A model generated the notes under the pieces. It saw nothing but the letters and a program-made list of their open reading frames with translations, ran no database searches and was not told where the DNA came from. Of a stretch of DNA of 64,000 bases, positions 54,892-64,000 are shown in pieces. The position numbers and the translations under genes were made by a program. Position 1 is the first letter of the stretch. Every line of letters starts with the position of its first letter. The stretch is taken from the NCBI RefSeq assembly GCF_006345805.1, contig NC_043003.1, forward strand, positions 19,530,001 through 19,594,000, written 5' to 3'. This DNA comes from Octopus sinensis. Taxonomy: Eukaryota.

Positions 54892-55249
54892 AAACTGCAA
54901 TGTCTACAGCTTGTATTGCTTCCAACTCCCAAACTGCATTTCAACAAAACTTTTCGCAACAGAGTTGTCATGTAACGGACTCCTGCTAAATATAACCATA
55001 TCTAGGTGTCTGGTCTTGGGTGTGTTCTTTCCCTAAGCCTCTCTACTCCTGACCTACATCCTATCAACCAAAATCTTCAACCTTTCTCATTTTTCAGAAA
55101 GATCTATGGAAACATGCAGCAGTGTATTGCTTCTCCCAAAATGGGAATTACCAACCTATTTCTCTTCCTCTTACTCTCTTCCAGCACCTCAGAACTGACA
55201 ACAGAAACAGTGGCCTCCATTAATTATCTCTAGATGTATTTCGACTGGA

Positions 55250-55760
55250 GATTTGTTTTGTTTTTCACTTGATTCTCTTTGCCCTTGAGCACTCTAGTGA
55301 AAGATGGCATTTTAATCCATTTGGCCTGAATACCTAAGCTGAGGTGCCCACCATTGGTCTATATCATGTCTTTTTGTCTGGATTTCTGCAAAATCAATGC
55401 ACTGTTCAATGTGTGCAGATGAGGCCCTCACCAATACATATTTTATAAACTCTGGTCTACTCCATGGTCCAACTACATTTCCCACACTTCTATGCAGACG
55501 ATTTTACTGTCACTCTTACAAACATCCAAGCCCAAAACGGGTCCTGTGCTTTTTCCATAAAACTGAGGAAGCTTGAAAAGATTCTTCATGACTTTAATGA
55601 CAATCTAATCTATTTCAACAACATAACAACAAGCCAAGCAGTCAATCCTGTATATCATCCTCTATAATCATGATCGAAGTCCCTGAAAGTGCAAGATCTC
55701 ACAATCTTCAATGATCTCTCATGGTAACCTCTTGTGCTAAACACTTTCCACAATCCTCCG
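55250..55760 (+). mobile_element. Highly degenerate LINE RT fragment (L2/CR1/Jockey group)
   Basis: INSGLLHG, HFYADDF and DLTIFNDLSW remnants. Confidence 0.5.
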
Positions 55761-56342
55761 GAGCTCCATAGTGTTCCTGTCAATACAAAAAAGTGTAAAC
55801 ATTGACAAGATGCTTAGTCATGTGTGCAAATTATGATCTCTACAGATGTTTACTCCAAAGTCATTGTAGAATGAGACTTCAGTGTTTTCTTGTAGGAAAA
55901 CTCGATTGATTTGCTGTGGTGTGTATATAATTTCTCATGCCAATATGATTGATATCTGTAGTTAAAACATTTGTAACAGATGTTTTGGTTTTCCACAAAC
56001 ATTCGTATAGTTCATAACGATACTCATAGTATATATCATTCTTATTCACCAATTTCCACAAACCTATTCATACAGGTGGCATTAATGATAAAATATTCTA
56101 GAAATTCTGTTTTAACTAGTCTCATGTCATAACTGAAAATCATTGTCGCAATTAAAGAAGCTGTCACAACACAAATAAATCACGGTATGTTGCCTGAATG
56201 AAATGTGTTTGTATCAGAATTTTTAGTAAATCTTAGAAAATGAGTGAAAGTTTCGTTTATAGTGCTATTGTAACATTTTTGGTAGAATTGTTTGAAAGAT
56301 AACCATAAAATACAGCTGTAATATTTCACCATTCCTGACTCT

Positions 56343-56391
<49 letters not shown>

Positions 56392-57477
56392 TGTTACACA
56401 TGATTGAGAAGGTCTTTGATGAAAAAAATATTAAAAGTTGCATAAATGTAACTTTTCCTTTGAAATATTTCCATGTTAAATTCTTACAGTAGTTTAACCT
56501 TTTCCCTTTCAAATTGACAGAGATTGGAGGTTATTTTTGTAAATTACGTTCCAGAATCCTCCTCGACATTGTGTTTAAGCTGATTATAAACTGCTATTTG
56601 TCACTATAACCATTAACTTGGTCAAATCTTATTTTTTAAAGATAAATTTTTATGTTGTAATTATATTTGAAATGAATATATAGAACTGTCTGTCAAATTA
56701 TTACTCCTTTGGAAATGTTTCGTTACGTTTCTGATTTACTTACAGTGGATTAACTTGAATAATGAATCTGGCTATAAATATGCAGTTATCAAAATTGTAT
56801 CACTTAATTGCTGGCAATAAATGTGTATTTTAAAAAATAATCTTCTGATGTAAAAGTTGTCCTTCGAAATCTTAACTCATGGGATATCTTCAAATATATA
56901 AGTGCCAAATGAATGAATACATCAAAATTATAATGTAAAATCTAAATAATAAATATGATGAATTTCTCAAATGTTTGCTTCATTTTTGTAAAAAGTGAAT
57001 TTTCATATATTCTTAAAATTTCAATTCTAAAAGATGACCACTGCAAACTTGTCAGGAGTTGAGATTTTTTTTCTTGATGGAATTTTTTCAGGAATGTGTA
57101 AAGCACCCATTACATTCTCAGAGTGGTTGGTGTTAGGAAGGGCAGCCAACCACAAAAATCATGCCAAATCAAACTGGAGTCTGGTGCAGCCCTTCAGCTT
57201 TTCAGCCCTGGTCAAACTGTCCAGCATGGACAATGAATATTGATGATGATGAGTCTTCTGCTATTCATTACCAGAATATTTTGAATAAGTCAGAACATTT
57301 CTTGAACTGAAAGCTTGTCTTGTGTAATGTTACATATTTCTCTGGCATGACCTGTTAAGATATTGTATAGATACTGGCAAATTCTGCAGGTGGAGCAAGG
57401 CCTCAACTAAGTGGTTCGTAATGCAATTACTAGGAAAGGTGTAGGTAGTGGATTCATCAAGAATAGTCAGCCACAAG

Positions 57478-57690
57478 GCAGTGAGCTACCAGAAACGTTA
57501 GCACGCTGGCAAAATGCTTAGTGGTATTTCATCTGCTGTTCTGAGTTCAAATTCCACTGAGGTCAACTTTGCCTTTCATCCTTTCAGGGTTGATAAATTA
57601 AGTACCAGTTATGTACTGGGGTCGATGTAATCGACTTAATCCCTTTGTTTGTCCCCTCTATGTTTAGCCCCTTGTGGGCAATAAAGAAAT
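57478..57690 (+). repeat. SINE family A copy
   Basis: Matches the family consensus. Confidence 0.7.
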
Positions 57691-58928
57691 AAGAATAGTT
57701 AGCCACAGACACTGAAACCTTGAAGTTCTGCATGAACAATGCTACTTATGGAAGTTGATCAGTGAGTAAAGGGAAGTGAACAGAGTGGCCCTTGAACATT
57801 TACTGTATTGTAATATTGTCAACTGCTTCATGGAAAAAATGTGGATGGACAAAGTCTTGAAAGTTGGAAGTATTGTAGTAAAGAAAAGGTGTGTTTGGCT
57901 AAGAATGGGTCTGTTCTGGTATCTGGGCTACAGTGCCATTTTTTTTTTGCACTGCAATAGAAGAGCAAAGTTCTTTGCCAAGTACTATTTTATAACAGGA
58001 TCATGTGGTGTTGACAATGTAGATGCACTTGCATGACCCAGAGAACTATTAGAGGGACAAAAGCAATGTCGATAGGCAGATGGTCATTAATACATGCTTA
58101 GAAAGAGTCTGTCCTGAACCCATTTCTGTTTATAGTTCTTGAAGAAATAACAAGTGTAAGATCAGATTCCTTTGAGAACATCAATATGTGGGAGGACAGC
58201 CCAAGAATGTATGTAGAACTAATACAAGTTAGGGAATCTCGAATTTCAATTCTAAATATGAACTCAATTCTGTGTACTTAGTGCAAGCAAGGACCTATGC
58301 AATGATATAGATTAACCCAGCAAGTGTTAGTTGTAAGAAACTCATGAGTTACATATTATATATGGCTGACACTTGTGCTGGTGGTATGTGAAAAAACATT
58401 CGAGCGAGGTCGTTGCCAGTGCTGCTGCACTGGCTCCTGTGCAGGTGGCACATAAAAAGCACCATTTGAGCATGGCTGTTGCCATTATCGCCTGACTGGC
58501 CCTCGTGCCGGTGGCACGTAAAAGCACCCACTACACTCTCGGAGTGGTTGGCATTAGGAAGGGCATCCAGCTGCAGAAACTCTGCCAGATCAGATTGGAG
58601 CCTAGTGCAGCCATCTGGTTTGCCAGACCTCAGTCAAATCATCCAACCCATGCTAGCATGGCAAGCGGACGTTAGATGATGACAAGTATATAATAAATCC
58701 CATCAAAAGTGAACTGCGAATATTAAGCAAACACCCATGGCTTCAGTCCTTCCAAATTTGAATGGAGAAGTTTAGGAAATGTCTAATAGGCATATGTATG
58801 GAATTAATTTAAGAATAACCATTAGTATTAACCTATCTCCTGACAGTAATATATACAATCAATTTAATTTTTCCCTTTTTATACCCTACAATAACTGCAT
58901 TGAGTTGCCTCAAAGAAAAACTAAAATA

Positions 58929-59494
58929 TTGGTTTGTCTGGAAAGTTCATGCCGATTTTTGAAGGAAAGAAAAAGGTCAATAAATACTTGCCATTACATT
59001 TTTAATCAACCAAATATGAACCATTTTGTTGCACAATGCGTCTCCATCTTTCCTTTAATTTGAAAATACCCTCTTCCCAGAATTGAGGTGGTTTCATGGC
59101 AAAGAATTCATTAAGGTATCTTTTTATGTCATCCAAAGAATTTAAATTTTTACCATTAAGACTATTCTGCATAGACCTGAATAAGTGGAAATCCGAAGGA
59201 GCAATATCTGGTGAATATGGAGGGTGGGGTAACACATCCCAGCCAAGCTGCAGCAATATTTGTCTGGTTCCCAAAGCATCAAGTGCCAAAAATGAACTTT
59301 CTTATCTTCCATTTTAAAGGGTTACAAAATTAACACAGGTTATAGGAACATAAACCTTCTTCCACAAAAAGATAGCTTAAACTGTGCTCTAAATGGAGGT
59401 GTAGTCAAATCCTATTTTATAGACTCAACCATGTTTTAAAATAAGTCGAAATAAAAGCTACTATAAATCGGCACAAACTTTCCAGACAACTCAA
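58929..59494 (-). mobile_element. Internally deleted mariner (566 bp)
   Basis: TA TSDs; ~30-bp TIRs TTG(G/A)(T/G)TTGTCTGGAAAGTT..TGCCGATTT; N-terminus MEDKKVHF.HLMLWE joined out of frame to LGWDVLPHPPYSPDIAPSDFHLFRSMQN. Confidence 0.9.
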
Positions 59495-59699
59495 TACATG
59501 ATAGTCCAACAGTACATAAGTACTAAGGCACATGGTTTAACCAATTCCCTACAACATGAGTATAGTATTCAATGAAGCTAGTAATTTCCTATTTTTAAAA
59601 CATCAATGTAGGCTCTTTGAGAAAACTGTTTGCTATACTTGCTTAGAAAGCATCTGATCCCAAATATTCAACCATAATCAAAGTCATAGTAAATTCACA

Positions 59700-60030
59700 T
59701 TCTGGCCATATAATAGCAAGTGTACCACAAAGGTACTAGTGTACATAACAAAAATAAGACAGTACTGAAAATTATCAAAGAAAATATGTTCAAAACAAGG
59801 CATACACAGCACACTCACTTGATTACATCTTGAAACTGAAATAAATTCACATTCTTGTTCCAGTACATCTGGAAACTAAAAGATAGTGGAGTTAACAACA
59901 TACCTATAAACTGGGGCATTGTTGAGATTGCTTCCAAATATATCTCTTCCAGTCAGTATGATCTAAAAGTAAGCATAATTTCTAGAAAGATTCACCGTTA
60001 CCTTTCAACAGTGCCAATCTCATGTTGCCA
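59700..60030 (+). mobile_element. Penelope-like GIY-YIG endonuclease remnant
   Basis: FKTRHTQH..QYIWKLKDSG..INWGIVEIASKY pattern. Confidence 0.55.
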
Positions 60031-60723
60031 GACATTCCTGAACCTTCTGTCAAAGTTCCATTTATCTTTTTTACACTTTAAGGATCACACATTGCAAAAA
60101 ACTGAATAGTAACTATTATCCACAGCTTCAAGTACACACACACACACATTCCCTGGTTATGTAAAAATGTGTTCCATTTTCTTGTCTTCTCATAGTCACT
60201 GTTTGATTTCTTTCACTTACCTAGAGGAGTGCTGTTTTTTTTAAAATTTTGTCCAGGTGTGGCCGTGTGGTTAAGAATCTTGTTTCCTACTCATGTGGTC
60301 TTGGGTTTGGTCTCACTAAACAGCACCAAGGGCAAGCGCCTACTGTAGCTCTGGACCAATCAAAGCCTTGTGAGTGGATCTGCTTGATGGAAACTGAAAG
60401 AAGTCTGTTATATATATATATAATGAGCGAGGTCGCTGCCAGTGCCACTGGACTGGCTCCTGTGCAGGTGGCACATAAAAAGCACCATTTGAGCATGGCC
60501 ATTGCCTGACTGGCCCTTGTGCCGGTGGCATGTAAAAGCACCCACTACACTCTCGGAGTGGTTGGCATTAGGAAGGGCATCCAGCTGTAGAAACTCTGCC
60601 AGATCAGATTGGGGCCTGGTGCAGCCATCTGGTTCCCCAGACCTCAGTTGAATCGTTCAACCCATGCTAGCATGGAAAGCAGGTGTTAAATGATGATGAT
60701 GATAATGATATATAATATATATA

Positions 60724-61080
60724 TCTTTTATATAAAATCCGTTCTGTTTTGTGTGTGTGTCTTCTAGGATCTTGGGCATCCTCCATCCGATTGCGCTCAA
60801 ATTTGATATGTAGATACTGACGGTATCAGGGCGTGTATAAGTCTTGAAAAAATTACAAAAATCAATTCCAGGTGAGAATGCGATCGATAAAGCTGTGGGA
60901 ACATGCTGTTGCGATCGATACTACACATATGTGAGAAAAATGTGTGCAGTTTGCGCAAAAAAAGCCAGCTGGCTTGAAATAATGCCACAAAATGGGACGG
61001 TCGGACAAGTTGTTTTGAGAAAATTTGGTTTAAATGTTTGACAACTCAGCACCGTCCATTGGACAGGGGCATTTTGCTCG
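60724..61080 (+). mobile_element. Possible non-autonomous Helitron
   Basis: 5' TC in A|T context (TCTTTTATATAAAA); 3' short hairpin CCGTCC-ATT-GGACAG followed by CTCG|T (CTRR-like). Confidence 0.45.
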
Positions 61081-61924
61081 TATATATATATATATATTTA
61101 TACATCATCATCATCATTTAAAGTCCGTTGTCCATGCTGGCATGGGATGGACAGTTTGGCTGGGCTGGAACGCTGCACCAGATTCCAGTCTGATTTGGCA
61201 TGGTTTTCTATTGCTGGATGCCCTTCCTAACACCAACCACTGAGAGTGTAATGGGTGCTTTTACATGCCACAGGCACAAGTACCCTTTGTGGGACTCTGA
61301 GGTGCTTTTACATGCCACCAGCACGGGTGCCAATTTGTGTGACATCAATATCTGCCACGACTGCGATTTTGCTCGGCTTCATGAGTCTTCTTCTCAAACA
61401 TGACATAATGCCAAAGGTTTTGGTTATTGCTTCCGTGAGGCCCAACACATGAAAGGAACTTAGTCACTTTGTGTGTCAGTGTAGTCTTTACTTGACATCA
61501 CATAATGGTTGTAACTGAGTATTGTCATACAAGCAATGTGAAAAATGTGTATTTATGGGGAAATATTACCTTGCTTAAAACAGTTGAGGGTTGGCAACAG
61601 GAAGGGCTTCTAACTACAAAATCTGCCCCAACAAATTCCATCTGACCCATGCAACCATGGAAAAGTGAATGTTAAAGGATGATGGTGATGATAATGATTG
61701 TTATAATATGAATTGGAGATTGTCCAGATATTTTATGCTTGGGGTCAATTTAATTTCTAATTTTGTAGTAATACCTCCTTCAGAGAAAGAATACTCATTC
61801 TCTGTCCAGATAGAGATTATTTAGCTTATGACTATTTATAATGCATGCAGATTTGAATAGCATTTGATCTGCCTAATTTACATAGCAGGGCTTACACTGA
61901 CATTAATAGTGTGTTATACAACGC

Positions 61925-62290
61925 GGAGGTGCAATGGCCCAATGATTAGGGCAGGGGACTCGCGGTTTCGATTCCCAGACCGGGTATTGTCAGTGATTAT
62001 TGAGCAAAAACACCTAAAAGCTCCACGAGGCTCCGGCAGGGGGTGATGGCGAACCTTGCTGTACTCTTTCACCACATCTTTCTCTCACTCTTTCTCCCTG
62101 TTTCTGTTGTACCTGCATTTCAAAGGGCCAGCCTTGTCACACACTCTGTGTCACGCTGAATCTCCCCGAGAACTACGTTAAGAGTATACGTATTGTGGAG
62201 TGCTCAGCCACTTACACGTTAATTTCACGAGCAGGCTGTTCCGTCGATCGAATCAACTGGAACCCACGTCGTCGTAACCGACGGAGTGCC
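61925..62290 (+). repeat. tRNA-headed SINE, family E-related
   Basis: GCAATGGCCCAATGATTAGG..GGTTTCGATTCCC head; tail shared with 29300-29622. Confidence 0.7.
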
Positions 62291-62989
62291 ACGATTGCAC
62301 AATGTATTTTTTGGATAATTCAGAATGTAAGGTATACGTTTTCAATTAAAATAATTTTGTTGTGAAAAGTTCGGAGTTTTTATCAATTTGAAGGCAGAAA
62401 AAAGAGATTAGAATGAATAGATGGGTACTCTTTCTCTGTGGAATGTCTAACAAGCCTAGAAAATAATCATACTGATTCCCTTTCTTGCCTGCAGAAAAAT
62501 TAAAAGCTAAAACCTGGAGTATAACCCCTTGGCTGACGATTTGCTACGAGGTTAAATCGTATGTTTATTTAGAAGTATACCTTATATTTCAAAGTATCTA
62601 AAAACGCCGAGTTGTGCAATATATATAAATATATATCGCGCGCGCACACACACATATATAACACGTACCTTGGTTTACGTTGGACGAATGAGATACTTTG
62701 GTGAAGTTTATTTTTGCTGAGGTATTTAAGAAGCAGAAACATGTCTGAAGCTGACACCTGTTAGTTGTCGAAATGATTAAAATGTTGTTATTTATTGCGC
62801 TAAGGGTTCTTTCCCCACGGTGCATAAATAAAAGTATTTCTGATTAAATGCTAGCACTGACTTAACTATTATTGTTTTTCATGTACAAAACATACCTGAG
62901 TAATTAACGTAAGCGATTTGTTTTCTCGAATATCTTACAATGTTGTCAAAAATTCTACAACCACCTGTTTTTAAAATAATTATCCTTTT

Positions 62990-63350
62990 TATTACAGGCC
63001 TTTTGGAATTTGGGGGAAGAAAGGCTAGTCAACTGGTACTTATTTTATTGAACCCCAAAGGGATGAAAGGCAAAGTCGATCTGGGCGAAATTTGAACCCA
63101 GAACGTAAAGAGACGAAGGGAATACCACTTAAGCATTTTGTTTGACTTGCTAACGATTCAGACAATTTACGGTCTTTAATAATTCCCTCTTGTTTTGTCT
63201 GAAAGGCAGCAATTCGAGAGGAAGGGGCCAGTGCTCAACTGGTACCTATTTTATCGACCCCGAAAGGATGAAAGGCAAAGTCACGGCGGAATTTGAATTC
63301 AGAACCTAAAAGATTGGAAGAAATGTCGCTAAGCATTTGTTTGGGGCGCT
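62990..63350 (-). repeat. Two degenerate SINE family A copies
   Basis: GGATGAAAGGCAAAGTC core twice. Confidence 0.65.
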
Positions 63351-64000
63351 AAGATAATAATACCATTAATTATTTTGTCCTTCGCCTTGCAAATATTTCC
63401 TTGTAAGTAGTCGGCTACGAAAGTAAGGCTGTTGATTTGTAATTATTTGTATCACTTAGTTTGTTCTTTTCTGTCATTAATGTCTAATGAACATTATCTA
63501 AATGTGTTGTTTTATTAATGTCCTCACATTTCTATATTTTTTCACTTCTAACTACACCAAATAGTGAAGAAAAATATTAGAAAACAGTAAGTTGTACAAA
63601 TATATCTCTACTCATGACCAACTTTAGTTTGATTTGTTTTACGTGCGATAAGAAAAATAACTTGTCTTGTGTCCTTATTCTTGAAGATTCACTAAAGCTA
63701 TCAAAACAAATTCTTATAATCATACATTTAAGTCCGTGTTTATTTAATAAATTATTTTCCGAATTTTATTTTATCGTACTAGTTGATAGTATATATATAT
63801 ATCGAAAGATCGCCTATTATCCGTTTTGAAACACTCATAATCGCCAGTGTTTCCAGTGGGTCGCAATATAAATTATAACTTTATATTTATGTTTGTTGCT
63901 TCCGTAATATTTTTGTCTTCTGGAAATCTCAAATATCAAAGACTTACGTGATAGAGCTGTCTTCTTTAATAATTATTAACACCTTTCTTAATTATACTGA

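Noticed and set aside
59002-59289. 95-aa mariner ORF as a functional transposase
   Set aside because: An internal deletion removes the HTH and most of the DD34D domain; the ORF's N-terminal residues are an out-of-frame artefact of the junction.
60215-60240. Strong minus-strand donor CTAG|GTAAGT as an exon end
   Set aside because: No upstream acceptor with a pyrimidine tract and no coding signal; likely chance.

Overview
AT-rich, repeat-dense eukaryotic genomic DNA, most likely from an octopus. This is inferred from the tRNA-derived SINE/RTE repeat families and the 'CDIC...TGEKPY' style of the zinc-finger genes. The left half holds a complete 15-exon glycogen branching enzyme gene (GBE1, + strand, CDS 2217-30708). 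I spliced it by hand to 2070 nt / 689 aa; all introns are GT-AG and phase-compatible. Intron 13 is a textbook minor-spliceosome (U12) intron. The right half holds two intact C2H2 zinc-finger genes with single coding exons (35191-35883, minus, 7 fingers; 52975-54891, plus, 18 fingers), a decayed zinc-finger relic, and a duplicated non-coding block suggesting the cluster continues beyond the window. Introns and intergenic DNA are filled with SINEs, RTE/CR1/Penelope fragments, mariner relics, MITEs, a ~1.95 kb foldback element and microsatellites. Most short ORFs in the track are repeat artefacts. I found no convincing wholly new multi-gene system. The best leads are the U12 intron, an RTE LINE end carrying three C2H2 fingers, the foldback element, an 84-bp intronic hairpin and signs of zinc-finger birth-and-death.
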